From the NCBI GenBank assembly GCA_963666285.1, contig OY762711.1: DNA of 64,000 nt; one strand, 5' to 3'. Made by a program: the position numbers and the translations under genes. This DNA comes from Sedimentisphaerales bacterium. Its GTDB lineage: Bacteria > Planctomycetota > Phycisphaerae > Sedimentisphaerales > SM23-30. This document shows, one piece after another, positions 10,351 through 20,397 of the stretch. A model generated the notes under the pieces. That model was not told the DNA's origin. It searched no databases and was given only the letters and a program-made list of their open reading frames with translations. The number at the start of each line of letters is the position of its first letter. Position 1 is the first letter of the stretch.

Positions 10351-10836
10351 ATGAGTAAAAAAACAAAAAATCAGGACCAGCAGCAAAAATTCAGTCCCAG
10401 GATAAAGAATAAGAAAGCATCTTTCAACTATAACCTGCTGGAAAAAATAGAGGCTGGTATCGTACTTGAGGGTACCGAGGTTAAAAGCCTGCGTCTGGGG
10501 CGTGCTAGTCTGGATGAGGCATATTGCCGGATTCGTAATGGTGAGCTTTGGATGTATGGATGTAATATATCACTTTACGAACATGGCAATATTAATAACC
10601 ACGAGCCCGCAAGGCCAAGGAAGCTTCTTCTGCATAAAAGAGAGCTTGATAAAATTGAGGTCAAGGTTAATCAAAAGGGACGTACTATAGTACCAACGCG
10701 GATATACTTTTCTCGAGGATATGCTAAAGTAGAGGTTGCAGTAGCACAAGGTAAATCGGTTGCTGATAAACGTTCTACCATGAAAGATAAGCAGGCTAAG
10801 AAGGATATGGATCGGGCTATGCGAAAATGGCGATAG
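10351..10836 (+). CDS. smpB: SsrA-binding protein
   Basis: NKKASFNY, EAGIVLEGTEVKSLR, RKLLLHKRE, GKSVADKR. Confidence 0.97.
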   Translation: MSKKTKNQDQQQKFSPRIKNKKASFNYNLLEKIEAGIVLEGTEVKSLRLGRASLDEAYCRIRNGELWMYGCNISLYEHGNINNHEPARPRKLLLHKRELDKIEVKVNQKGRTIVPTRIYFSRGYAKVEVAVAQGKSVADKRSTMKDKQAKKDMDRAMRKWR

Positions 10837-10879
10837 AATAATACATGATATTGATAATTTAGATAAAAGGACATATATA

Positions 10880-13009
10880 ATGACACGACTATTTCTTGTT
10901 ACTCTTTTAACTTTTTGCGGCTCAGTTTTTGGCGTTAACACTTTTTTTGAGAGCCAGAATACAGAGGAGCATTTTAAGAAAGGTAAAGCTAAGGATGTCC
11001 TGGTTGACAGTGAAGGTGTTATTTCACTGGCATACAGCTCAAATATTCTATTAAAATCAGACAATGAGGATTGGGTTGTTAATGATATTGCTTTGGATGC
11101 TTCTGGTAATGCCTTTATAGCTACCAGTGGTGAAGGAAATGTGTATAAGATTTCTAATGATGGCAAAACTGAGAGCATTTGGAGTAAAGAAGACCATTCC
11201 CGGCATATTTTCTCACTGGCAGTTTTGAGCGATGGAAGTCTTGTTGCCGGTACCGGTGGCGAAAAAGCCGGACTTTTCAAATATAATGGCAAAAAATGGA
11301 AACAGATTTGGTCGGATGATGGAGTAACCTATATCTGGGATATCGAATGCAGCAAATCTGACAAACTGTATTTGGCTACCGGTCCGGAAGGAAAGATTTA
11401 TTCTATTGATTCAAATGGCAGTAATGCCAAAGAAATATATAAAGCAAAGGCTAAAAATATTCTTGCATTATCCCTCTCTGAGCAGGGTAAGCTTTATGCT
11501 GGAACAGATACTCATGGACTGGTTTATTGTATTGATCTTGGAACGGGAGTGACTACTGTTGCCTATGATACAGGTCATGAAGAAGTTAGCTCACTGGACC
11601 AGGATTCTGCTGGTAATGTTTATATTGCTACTGCCGACAGTGCTGCTGCCAGGCCGGGAGCAAAGCTGGTTCTTTCACTTGAAAATGATGTGGAAAAGAA
11701 TTCGGAAGAAAAGGGTCAGGAAAACGATTCGCCTGAAGCCAACGAAAAGAATAATCAGCCGCCGGCAACTAAAAAACCTGAACGTCAGAATCCACCCAAT
11801 AAGGGAGGTTCGGGCGGCAAGAAAAACACTGTTTTTATGCTGTCGCCATCTGGATTTGTCGAAAAGATTTTTGTTGCACCTGTAGTGATACACGATATTT
11901 CTCTTGGTGATAATGATAAACTGTACCTTGCAACCGGTATTGAGGGCAAGTTGATATGCCTGGATATTCCTACTCGTGAATCTGTTGTTGTATTTGATAG
12001 CGAAAGCACACATTTGTCGGCTGTTACTTGTTTTAATGGCAGAGTTTATGTTGGTGGTGCGGATAAGGCTTCTGTTTTTACAGTTGAGCCTGACTATGTT
12101 AAACAGGGTGAATTTGAGTCCGATGTGTTCGATGCTTCTCAACCTGCTGCATGGGGACTAATGTACATGCAGGCAGAGCAGACAGATGGGATTGATATGC
12201 AGGTTCGTTCTGGAAATACATCCGATCCTGAAAAGGGCGGTTGGACCGAGTGGAAACAGGCTGAGATCAAGTTGCCTGCTGTTAGTGCTGACGTGCCTGT
12301 TGGAAGGTTTCTTCAGTACAAGTTAGTATTGAATGCTGTAGATGGGGGCAGCCCCAAAGTTTCTGAAGTTAAGGCTTCCTATAGTATTCCAAATCTGAAA
12401 CCGGTGATTGCGAAGTTGGACGTTATGGTTCCGCCGCTTGATCCTAAGACTCCATATGCTGAATTAAAGCAATATCAAATTCGCTGGCAGGCGGCAGATG
12501 TAAATAAAGATGAGTTGGCTTTTGATATTTATATTAAATCTGTTGCCCAGGAGGGTTGGATTAAAATTGCAAAAGAACTGGTTGAAAACCAATATGTATG
12601 GAATACTCTTAATGTGCCGGATGGAATGTATAATATAAAGCTGGTCGCATCAGACTGTATGTCTAATTCAGAGTCTGCAAGTTTGACCGATAGTGAAATA
12701 TCTGAGTTGATTTTAATCGATAATACCGCTCCGGAAGTAAATATATTTGACTTAAAAGCTGAAAATGACATATATAAATCTACAGTGCAGGTTTCTGATA
12801 ATCTTAGTGTTATTGAAAATGTTACATATTCGCTTGATTCAAATCAACTATTTCAGGCGGCCTCACCTGTGGATGGTCTGGCTGACAGTGTAAATGAAAC
12901 TTTCAGTTTTGAAATCAATCCGGAAGAACCTGGTTTGCATTTTGTAACTATAAAAGTAAAAGATATAGCCGGTAATACTCGTATATTATCACAAGAGTTC
13001 AAGAAGTAG
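10880..13009 (+). CDS. Secreted beta-propeller protein with C-terminal FN3/Ig-like domains
   Basis: Signal peptide; repeated LYxATGxxGxxY blades; low-complexity linker; VPDGMYNIKLVASD and IDNTAP Ig/FN3-like motifs. Confidence 0.7.
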   Translation: MTRLFLVTLLTFCGSVFGVNTFFESQNTEEHFKKGKAKDVLVDSEGVISLAYSSNILLKSDNEDWVVNDIALDASGNAFIATSGEGNVYKISNDGKTESIWSKEDHSRHIFSLAVLSDGSLVAGTGGEKAGLFKYNGKKWKQIWSDDGVTYIWDIECSKSDKLYLATGPEGKIYSIDSNGSNAKEIYKAKAKNILALSLSEQGKLYAGTDTHGLVYCIDLGTGVTTVAYDTGHEEVSSLDQDSAGNVYIATADSAAARPGAKLVLSLENDVEKNSEEKGQENDSPEANEKNNQPPATKKPERQNPPNKGGSGGKKNTVFMLSPSGFVEKIFVAPVVIHDISLGDNDKLYLATGIEGKLICLDIPTRESVVVFDSESTHLSAVTCFNGRVYVGGADKASVFTVEPDYVKQGEFESDVFDASQPAAWGLMYMQAEQTDGIDMQVRSGNTSDPEKGGWTEWKQAEIKLPAVSADVPVGRFLQYKLVLNAVDGGSPKVSEVKASYSIPNLKPVIAKLDVMVPPLDPKTPYAELKQYQIRWQAADVNKDELAFDIYIKSVAQEGWIKIAKELVENQYVWNTLNVPDGMYNIKLVASDCMSNSESASLTDSEISELILIDNTAPEVNIFDLKAENDIYKSTVQVSDNLSVIENVTYSLDSNQLFQAASPVDGLADSVNETFSFEINPEEPGLHFVTIKVKDIAGNTRILSQEFKK

Positions 13010-13035
13010 TAATTTCATATGTAAGGAGAGTATAA

Positions 13036-14010
13036 ATGAAAAAAATATGTGTTTTTGCTGTATTGTTGATTGCAGTTGGACTAAATGCTGATGTTATTAA
13101 ATTGACTAACGGTGATTCTTTGCAAGGTAAATTAGTGACCATGGAAGGTGGTCAGGTAGTATTCAAATCCAACCTGGCAGGGAAAGTTACCATTGATCAG
13201 AAAAATGTTGCTTCACTTGAGCTTTCAGAATCAGCTTCAATAAAGCAGGCAGACGGTTCCCTGGTAAAAAAGACAGGCAAGTGGGATAATGCCGGTTTGG
13301 CAGAACTTGGTGCTATTAACCCTGCACCGCCTGAATTTCCTAAAACAACTGGTAATGTGACTGCCGGCATTACGCGTACAGATGGCAATTCATACTCTGA
13401 AAGCGGTTCAATTAGTTTTAATGTTAAACGTGAAACGGAAAAAAATATATGGTTGGCTGACGCCATGTACAGTTCTGCCAGATCAGAAGATTCAGCTGGA
13501 AAAAAATATACTACTGAAGAATATTTGACTGCCGGAATGAAAAATGAAATAAATTTATCTGATAAGAGTTATGCGTTTCTTGATGGCAGGTTCAAAAAAG
13601 ACCATATTGCCGATCTAGACCAAAGGTTAATCGGTACTGTTGGTTATGGTTATAGATTCTATAAAACAGCAAAGTTCAAACTTAACGCAGATATCGGTTT
13701 GTCAGAAGTTCACGAAGAATATACTGTAGCAGGTGTGACTGATAAAGAAGATGCTTTATCTGCCAGATTAGGATATAACCTGGACTGGGTGATAAGTGAC
13801 AGACTTTCATTCAAACACAACCTGGAATATTATCCAAGTACAGAAAGTAAAGATGACTATTATGCCAGTACGCTTGGCGAATTGCGTTATAGATTTTCTG
13901 ATAAGGTTTATGGAAGCTTCAAGGCTCTGCTTGATTATGATGCTACACCGGCCGGTGATAATGAAAAACTGGATACCAAATATATCCTTGGCATAGGTGT
14001 GGATTTCTAA
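13036..14010 (+). CDS. DUF481/YdiY-like outer-membrane beta-barrel
   Basis: Signal peptide, DVIKLTNGDSLQG N-domain, GYGYRF, terminal GIGVDF beta-signal. Confidence 0.8.
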   Translation: MKKICVFAVLLIAVGLNADVIKLTNGDSLQGKLVTMEGGQVVFKSNLAGKVTIDQKNVASLELSESASIKQADGSLVKKTGKWDNAGLAELGAINPAPPEFPKTTGNVTAGITRTDGNSYSESGSISFNVKRETEKNIWLADAMYSSARSEDSAGKKYTTEEYLTAGMKNEINLSDKSYAFLDGRFKKDHIADLDQRLIGTVGYGYRFYKTAKFKLNADIGLSEVHEEYTVAGVTDKEDALSARLGYNLDWVISDRLSFKHNLEYYPSTESKDDYYASTLGELRYRFSDKVYGSFKALLDYDATPAGDNEKLDTKYILGIGVDF

Positions 14011-14030
14011 AATAATTTCATATTAATAAT

Positions 14031-14072
14031 AAAAAAGCGTTATTCGCCGGTTGGGCAAGTAACGCTTTTTTT
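14031..14072. terminator. Bidirectional intrinsic terminator
   Basis: AAAAAAGCGTTA...TAACGCTTTTTTT between convergent genes. Confidence 0.85.
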
Positions 14073-14086
14073 GTGTATACATACTT

Positions 14087-14641
14087 TTATGACTTAAATA
14101 AATTACCAACGTTAGGAGTTGCTCTCTCTGCTTCTGCAATTTCAAACATGTTACGTTGTTTGTAGTTTATCATGCCGGCGACTATATTGCTTGGAAACAT
14201 TTCAATTGCATTGTTATAGTCAAGTACCGCAGCATTATACGCTCTGCGGGAAGCAGACAGCTGCTCTTCAATTTCGTTTAATGAACCTTGCAGCTGTAGA
14301 AAGTTTGTGCTGGCTTTCAGGTCAGGGTATTTTTCGACAGACACCATAATATTACCGATCATATTATCCAGTTCTACCATTTGGTCGTTGCTCAGTCCGC
14401 CGCTCATAGCCTTGGCACGCATCTCTGTAACCTTGGTTAGTGTCTCGTTTTCATGGGTCATGTACTGTTTGACGGTTGCCACCAGGTTCGGAATCAGGTC
14501 AAATCGCTTTTTCAGCATGACATCGATACTGGAAAATGCGTTGTCGACCATATTTTGTTTGCCGACAAGTGAATTGTATATTCCAATATATGCCAGGATT
14601 ATTACAACAATAATACCTAGAATTATCCATAATGCTATCAT
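14087..14641 (-). CDS. lemA: LemA family protein
   Basis: N-terminal TM; IDVMLKKRFDLIPNLV, EKYPDLKASTNFLQLQ, RRAYN, FPSNIVA. Confidence 0.95.
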   Translation of the reverse strand: MIALWIILGIIVVIILAYIGIYNSLVGKQNMVDNAFSSIDVMLKKRFDLIPNLVATVKQYMTHENETLTKVTEMRAKAMSGGLSNDQMVELDNMIGNIMVSVEKYPDLKASTNFLQLQGSLNEIEEQLSASRRAYNAAVLDYNNAIEMFPSNIVAGMINYKQRNMFEIAEAERATPNVGNLFKS

Positions 14642-14734
14642 CTATTACTCCTTATTAATAAAACGTTTAAGTTTGGTTTTATGCCATAACATTCAATATG
14701 TTATACACTGAGCGGTACATAAGGTTACAATTTT

Positions 14735-16228
14735 TCAGTTTCGCCACTGACGGCCGCCACAAGCCATTAACTCATCTGATTTGGCAGGTCCAAAGCTGCC
14801 GGGCTCGTATGGCTGCGGAATCTTTTGTTTTTCCTTGATACTGTCTATTAGCGGTGAGATAAACTCCCATGCAGCCTCAGTTTCATCGCTGCGGATAAAC
14901 AGCGTCTGGTCGCCAAGCAGGGCATCGTGCAGCAGCTTCTCATATGCCGAAGGTATCGGACTTGGACATGCATCCGGATAATAGAAATTCAGTTCACGCG
15001 GCTCCAGGCAGATCTGGCTGGTCTTGCGGGTGAAGAAGTTTACTGACACGCCATCGTTTGGCTGTATTCGCAGTATCAGGCTATTGAAACCATTCGGGCA
15101 GCAGGCCTGATCGAATAATTTATTAGTGACGGTCTTAAAGAACAGTCCGATTTCGGTAGTTTTCTTTCCAAGTGCCTTACCGGTACGAATGTAAATTGGT
15201 ACATCCTTCATGGTTGGCGTGTCCACATACATCCGGAAAGCAGTAAATGTTTCTGTGGTTGAGTCTTTTGGTACGCCCGGAGCGTCCAGATAGCCGACAA
15301 TATCTTTGTCATCTATTTTGCCGCCGGTATATTGGCCGGTGACAACGCTGCAGCAGCAGTTATTTTCGCATACCGGACGAATAGCTTTGATAACCTTTAC
15401 CTTTTCGTTGCGGATATCGTTGGCATTCAGAGATTTTGGCTCTTCCATTGCAACCAGCGATACCAGCTGCATGATGTGGTTTTGTACCATGTCGCGCAAT
15501 GCACCTGACTGGTCGTAATAGCCGGCTCGTTCGCCGACATCCACTTTTTCACAAACTGATATTTGGATATGGTCCAGGTGATCTTTGTTCCAGACAGATT
15601 CGAATATGCGGTTAGCAAAACGTAATGCCAGGATATTCTGGACGGTCTCTTTGCCTAAATAGTGATCAATGCGGTATATCTGGTTTTCCTGGAAGTGTCT
15701 GCTCAATTCTTCGTTGAGTTTGCGGGCACTTGCAAGGTCAAATCCAAATGGTTTTTCGATAATCAGTCTGCGGAATTCGTCCGGGTTTGATGAGCTGCCT
15801 AGTCCGCTGCTGCTGATATTTGCAGCTATATCGGGAAACAGTTCCGGCTTAACGGAGCAGTAGAAAAGGCAGTTGCCTAACTTGCCGTTATTGAACGGCA
15901 GGGCTGCGAGTCTTGACTTCAGGGTTTCGAATGTGCTCGGGTCGTTGCCGTCACCGCTTACGTAGTGAATATGCTGACAGAATTCGTCCCAGGTTTCCGG
16001 CTTGGCAAATCCGCATTTATCAGCGTTTTTGACATCATCGAAGAGCTTTTCATGGAACTGCTGGTCTGTCATTGGTCTTCTGGCCAGTCCGAAAATAGCG
16101 AATTCCTTTCCTAGCATTCCGCGATGATACAATTCAAATAATGCCGGGATTAGTTTCAGGCTGGTCAGGTTGCCTGATGCCCCGAAAATTACAATACTAA
16201 ACGGCTTAATAGTTTTTTCTGTATTCAT
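14735..16228 (-). CDS. zwf: Glucose-6-phosphate 1-dehydrogenase
   Basis: IFGASGNL, IEKPFG, RIDHYLGKETVQN, RDMVQNH, RTGK. Confidence 0.97.
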   Translation of the reverse strand: MNTEKTIKPFSIVIFGASGNLTSLKLIPALFELYHRGMLGKEFAIFGLARRPMTDQQFHEKLFDDVKNADKCGFAKPETWDEFCQHIHYVSGDGNDPSTFETLKSRLAALPFNNGKLGNCLFYCSVKPELFPDIAANISSSGLGSSSNPDEFRRLIIEKPFGFDLASARKLNEELSRHFQENQIYRIDHYLGKETVQNILALRFANRIFESVWNKDHLDHIQISVCEKVDVGERAGYYDQSGALRDMVQNHIMQLVSLVAMEEPKSLNANDIRNEKVKVIKAIRPVCENNCCCSVVTGQYTGGKIDDKDIVGYLDAPGVPKDSTTETFTAFRMYVDTPTMKDVPIYIRTGKALGKKTTEIGLFFKTVTNKLFDQACCPNGFNSLILRIQPNDGVSVNFFTRKTSQICLEPRELNFYYPDACPSPIPSAYEKLLHDALLGDQTLFIRSDETEAAWEFISPLIDSIKEKQKIPQPYEPGSFGPAKSDELMACGGRQWRN

Positions 16229-16329
16229 AAATCCTTCCTGAGTTGTTAGTTGCAGTTTCAGTATGATTATATATCTCTATTTGCTGATACTCAAATGAAA
16301 ACATGACCATATTGAACTTTAATAAACTC

Positions 16330-16358
16330 TTGACGTAGGATATTTGTTGCTTTAACAT
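16330..16358 (+). promoter_or_regulatory. Sigma70-type promoter upstream of the HtrA-like gene
   Basis: TTGACG-N17-TAACAT. Confidence 0.5.
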
Positions 16359-16389
16359 TGTCATGTAATAAATGTAATATTAACTACTT

Positions 16390-17760
16390 ATGGAAAGAGT
16401 CGGCATGAAAAAGTACTTATTGGTTTTGGTTCTCTGTCTCGGATTTCTAAATGGTTGTACCAGTTCAAATATGACATCAAAAGGCGGGCCTGATTTTCGC
16501 CAAATTGTTTCTACAGCTAAGGATAAGGTTTTTCCGGCTGTGGTGTTTGTAAAATGCTTGCGGGAGGATTTCTCAAAAGGTAAAAAGCAATCTCAGGCAG
16601 TAACCGGCAGCGGTGTGATCATCTCGGCTGACGGAAGGGTTGTAACAAACTGGCACGTTATCGACAAGGCATTCGAAGTGCGATGCCAGCTTAACGACGG
16701 CACAGAAGCGTATGCCGAGATTGTGGGAAGCGATAAGGACTGTGATATAGCGTTACTGCAGCTTAAGGATATAGATAAGGAACTGCCTTATGCGGCTATT
16801 GGAGATTCTGCTATCCTGCATGAAGGTGATTTTGTAATGGCGATGGGTGCTCCGTTCGGGTTGAGCCGGTCAGTTTCTATTGGTATTATCTCCTGTACTG
16901 ACAGATATTTAGAAGAAGGATTATACAGTTTGTGGCTACAGACTGATGCTGCGATATGCCCGGGAAACAGTGGTGGTCCGCTGGTAAATACAGCCGGTGA
17001 GGTGGTAGGAATTAATACGTTAGGATCTAATTCCGGGGGTGGCGACCTTGGTTTTGCGGTGCCGTCAGAGACTGTTAAGTTGCTGGTGGAGCGTCTGGGG
17101 ACGTATGGCAAGGCGAACTGGAGCTGGACCGGCTTGCAGCTGCAGGCTCTAAGGGATTTCAATAAAAACATATACTTTGATGGTGAAAATGGTGTGATTG
17201 TGTCGGAAACGGACCAGTTAAGCCCGGCTCGCAAAGCAGGAATAAAGGCCCGCGACCGTGTATTGAGCATCAATGGAGAGGCTGTGGATGTGCTGCGACC
17301 AAACGACCTGCCGAAACTGCGTAAGACGATCGGTCTCCTGCCAAAGGATGAGCCCGCCACCTTCACGGTGAAGCGCGGCGACGAATTGATGGACATCGAA
17401 CTGGTACCGGTGGAAAAAGGCAAAGTTGAAGGAGATGAACTGGACTGCCCACGTTGGGACATGACTTTGAAGATAATTAACCGATTCGATAACCCTGATC
17501 TTTACTTCCATCGTAAGGAAGGTGTGTTTGTGAACTCTCTGAAATCTCCGGGTAATGCAGCCAATGCCGGACTTGTCAATAACGATATTATCCTGAAGGT
17601 CGGCACTGAGAAAGTTACGAACCTGGAAGAGCTCAGCAAGATATACCAGTCTAGTATAGATAATATAGATGAGAAGCCAAGGCTTGTGCTATCGGTATTG
17701 CGTAACGGGCTGTTGCGGCAGGTTGTTTTGGATATCTCTCGCGATTATGAGAGAGAATAA
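16390..17760 (+). CDS. HtrA/DegP-like serine protease with two PDZ domains, probable lipoprotein (start probably 16405)
   Basis: TGSGVII, VTNWHVI (His), DIALL (Asp), QTDAAICPGNSGGPL (Ser); lipobox-like LNGC. Confidence 0.92.
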   Translation: MERVGMKKYLLVLVLCLGFLNGCTSSNMTSKGGPDFRQIVSTAKDKVFPAVVFVKCLREDFSKGKKQSQAVTGSGVIISADGRVVTNWHVIDKAFEVRCQLNDGTEAYAEIVGSDKDCDIALLQLKDIDKELPYAAIGDSAILHEGDFVMAMGAPFGLSRSVSIGIISCTDRYLEEGLYSLWLQTDAAICPGNSGGPLVNTAGEVVGINTLGSNSGGGDLGFAVPSETVKLLVERLGTYGKANWSWTGLQLQALRDFNKNIYFDGENGVIVSETDQLSPARKAGIKARDRVLSINGEAVDVLRPNDLPKLRKTIGLLPKDEPATFTVKRGDELMDIELVPVEKGKVEGDELDCPRWDMTLKIINRFDNPDLYFHRKEGVFVNSLKSPGNAANAGLVNNDIILKVGTEKVTNLEELSKIYQSSIDNIDEKPRLVLSVLRNGLLRQVVLDISRDYERE

Positions 17761-17866
17761 TAAGTTAGAAGCTCTTGGTGTTGCAGAGCGACATTTAAAG
17801 GCTGATGCCTGAAATGCAAGTATGAAGGATGAAAAATTTTACAATAAAAATCGAAAGGTTGATTAA

Positions 17867-20086
17867 ATGAATAAATTGTCAAAATTATTGGTGTTGTGTA
17901 TGTTGCTGGCGGGTGTTTGTTTGGCCCAGGAAGCCGAGAAATCTGAAGGAGATAAGACTGACGTAGATAAGCCAAAGGTTGATAAGGCAGCGTTAGCAGC
18001 GAAGTATGCAGATTCGATGGTGGTTGTTGAATATTACCTGAAATATGATAAAGGTGAGAGCCCGGAATGTAACGGGCTGGGTGAGTACTGCAGTAACTGC
18101 GGAGAGGTGCATCTGATAGGCAATGCCGAAGAATTTGTCAAGCAGGAACGTCCGCTGGAGGCTGGCGGTATGGTGATAGCGTCTGATAAGATACTATCTG
18201 CTGATGTTCAGATTCATAATCGTTTTATCGATAAGATAATGGTGCGGTTTGGCGACAGCAGGGTTGAGGCAAAAGTGTTTGCTTATCCGGTTGACACCCG
18301 GACAGTTATTTTACAGGTAGAGCAGCTTCCGGAAGGAGCAAAAGCGATAGAGTTTGGTGAAAAGAGCTCTGACGACCTTTATATAATTGATTATGTTCAA
18401 CATAATACAAAGTGGTCGATTCCGGTTGCGGGTTTTAGTTTGAAGATGCAGCTGGATGAGAATGGCGAGGTTTTGAAAGGGACTAACAGTACCGGTCTGA
18501 TAGTTGATGGCGAAGGTACTGCAGTCGCGTTTTATTTCGGGCAGATGCTGGCAGATAATGACGACTGGCAGAAGAGCCCGCTGGACTATGAAATGATAAC
18601 AGCCGAGCAGTATGAGGGTTTGTTAGCGAAGATAAAAGACGAATGTACGAAAACTGTGCTGCGATGCCGGATTAATTTTCGCAGTCCGACGCGTAAGGGT
18701 TCTGATTTTTCTGGTTTGACCGGGGGGCCGGGCCAGGATCATATGACCGAGAAGAACTGTTATGCGGTGGTAGTAGCACCAGACCGGATATTGATCCCTG
18801 CGACCTTAACAGCAGATACAACAGCGAGGCTGGAAAAGATAACGGTCTTTACCGCAGGCGGTAAGAAGCTGAACGCGACATTTGAATCGACAGTCAAGGA
18901 TTACGGGCTGATAACGGCGAAGCTGGCAGAGCCGGTTTCAGATGTTGCAAAGATTTGCAGTGGTGATATCGAGAATTATAAAGATGTATTTATGCCATTT
19001 GTCGAAGTTCGGGTACAGGGCGAGGAGATGGTCTGCTATTATTCGCATAATCGAATAGGCGGCTTTGAATATGGCTGGAAAAAGATAGTTTACCCGATGG
19101 TTGCCGGAGTTGAATTCTGGGATTACCAGGATGCACCGTCTGTGTACCTGATGTATAACAGTAACGCAGAGCTGGTTGTTATGCCGGTGGTTCGTCGTCC
19201 AAAGGTTCAGGCGGCACGTGACAGCTGGGACCATTATAACGAATCACAAGATATGAAAATGACGGCAGTGGCGAATCTTACAGATGTAATAGCTCGTCCT
19301 GTCGAGTTTGCTGATGCAGATAATATCCCGTTAAGTGCTGAGCTAGAGAATCGAGCCGCATGGATGGGTGTAATTCTTCAGTCCTTGAATGAGGAGCTGG
19401 CACGCTTGAATATGGTATCGGAGGTAAGTAATAACGGTTCGGTTGGCGGGCTGGTCTCGTATGTTTACCCGGGTTCGCCGGCAGATAAGGCTGGAATTGA
19501 GCCTGGAATGATACTGGTTCGTCTGCATTCTCCGGAGAACCCGCAGCCAATAGATATAAAAGTTGATGACCGGATGAGCCGTTATATGAGTACGTTCCCA
19601 TGGGACCGGTTGAGCGAGATCCCGGCGGAATATTTTGACCGGCTGCCGGTACCGTGGCCAGCGGCGGAAAATGAAGTTGGCAAGCAATTGCGAGATATTG
19701 GTTTTGGCAAGATGTACGCCGCGGAGCTGTATTTGGACGGTGAGCGTATAGTTAAGCAGATGGTAGTTGAAGAGACCCCGACTTATTATGACTCGGCGGC
19801 GAGGCATAAGTCAGAATCGCTTAAGCTGACGGTGCGTGATCTGACCTTTGAGGTGCGTCGCTATATGCAGCTGTCCGAAGCGGATCCGGGTGTGATAGTC
19901 TCTAAGGTGGAGCCGGGCGGCAAGGCCGACGTTGCCGGGATAAAGACATTTGAGGTTATTACCCATGTTAATGATAAGCCGGTTATGAACGTGAAAGAGT
20001 TTGAAGATGCGGTGAATGGAGCTTCTGAGCTTCGTATAGCTATTAAGCGGATGAGCAAAGGGAGGGTGGTCAATATTAAAATGTGA
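17867..20086 (+). CDS. Secreted PDZ-domain protein with no visible protease catalytic motif
   Basis: Signal peptide; PDZ-like VSYVYPGSPADKAGI and VSKVEPGGKADVAGI; CSNC motif; no GNSGG. Confidence 0.7.
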   Translation: MNKLSKLLVLCMLLAGVCLAQEAEKSEGDKTDVDKPKVDKAALAAKYADSMVVVEYYLKYDKGESPECNGLGEYCSNCGEVHLIGNAEEFVKQERPLEAGGMVIASDKILSADVQIHNRFIDKIMVRFGDSRVEAKVFAYPVDTRTVILQVEQLPEGAKAIEFGEKSSDDLYIIDYVQHNTKWSIPVAGFSLKMQLDENGEVLKGTNSTGLIVDGEGTAVAFYFGQMLADNDDWQKSPLDYEMITAEQYEGLLAKIKDECTKTVLRCRINFRSPTRKGSDFSGLTGGPGQDHMTEKNCYAVVVAPDRILIPATLTADTTARLEKITVFTAGGKKLNATFESTVKDYGLITAKLAEPVSDVAKICSGDIENYKDVFMPFVEVRVQGEEMVCYYSHNRIGGFEYGWKKIVYPMVAGVEFWDYQDAPSVYLMYNSNAELVVMPVVRRPKVQAARDSWDHYNESQDMKMTAVANLTDVIARPVEFADADNIPLSAELENRAAWMGVILQSLNEELARLNMVSEVSNNGSVGGLVSYVYPGSPADKAGIEPGMILVRLHSPENPQPIDIKVDDRMSRYMSTFPWDRLSEIPAEYFDRLPVPWPAAENEVGKQLRDIGFGKMYAAELYLDGERIVKQMVVEETPTYYDSAARHKSESLKLTVRDLTFEVRRYMQLSEADPGVIVSKVEPGGKADVAGIKTFEVITHVNDKPVMNVKEFEDAVNGASELRIAIKRMSKGRVVNIKM

Positions 20087-20226
20087 AGCACATTTTAATA
20101 TTGAAGTGAAGAGTTAAGAACGCAGAGTGAAAAGTTGCGGTGTTCGGCTGCGCCTCACGTTTGTTTTATGTTGCCTACGGCGAAGATTTTTAACAACCAC
20201 AAAAAACACAAAAAAAACGAAAAATG

Positions 20227-20256
20227 AACCGCAGATAAACGCAGATAAACGCAGAT
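20227..20256 (+). repeat. Short tandem repeat (10-bp unit, about 3 copies)
   Basis: aaccgcagat aaacgcagat aaacgcagat. Confidence 0.85.
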
Positions 20257-20281
20257 TTTTAAAGCTTAAATAGTTTTTTAC

Positions 20282-20305
20282 AGCCCCATATTTGGGGCTT
20301 TTTTT
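20282..20305 (+). terminator. Intrinsic terminator
   Basis: AGCCCCA-tatt-TGGGGCT followed by a T run. Confidence 0.8.
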
Positions 20306-20397
20306 ATGTTGAAATCTGTTTGATAGTAATCAGTGATAGCGGTAAAATGAAACTTTATTTTTGGTTATTTTTTTATAATCTGGATGAGGTGAATTGT

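Noticed and set aside
10167..10880. tmRNA or RNase P RNA next to smpB/rnpA
   Set aside because: Intergenic spaces are too short and AT-rich, with no tRNA-like ends.
10570..11292. Long antisense ORFs (also 16788-17462 and 53227-53997)
   Set aside because: They are shadows of well-supported genes on the opposite strand and have no motifs of their own.
14679..14706. dif-like site TTATGCCATAA-CATTCA-ATATGTTATAC
   Set aside because: Only a partial match to the Xer arms and far from the apparent skew switch. The ATAACAT/ATGTTAT palindrome fits a lemA operator equally well.
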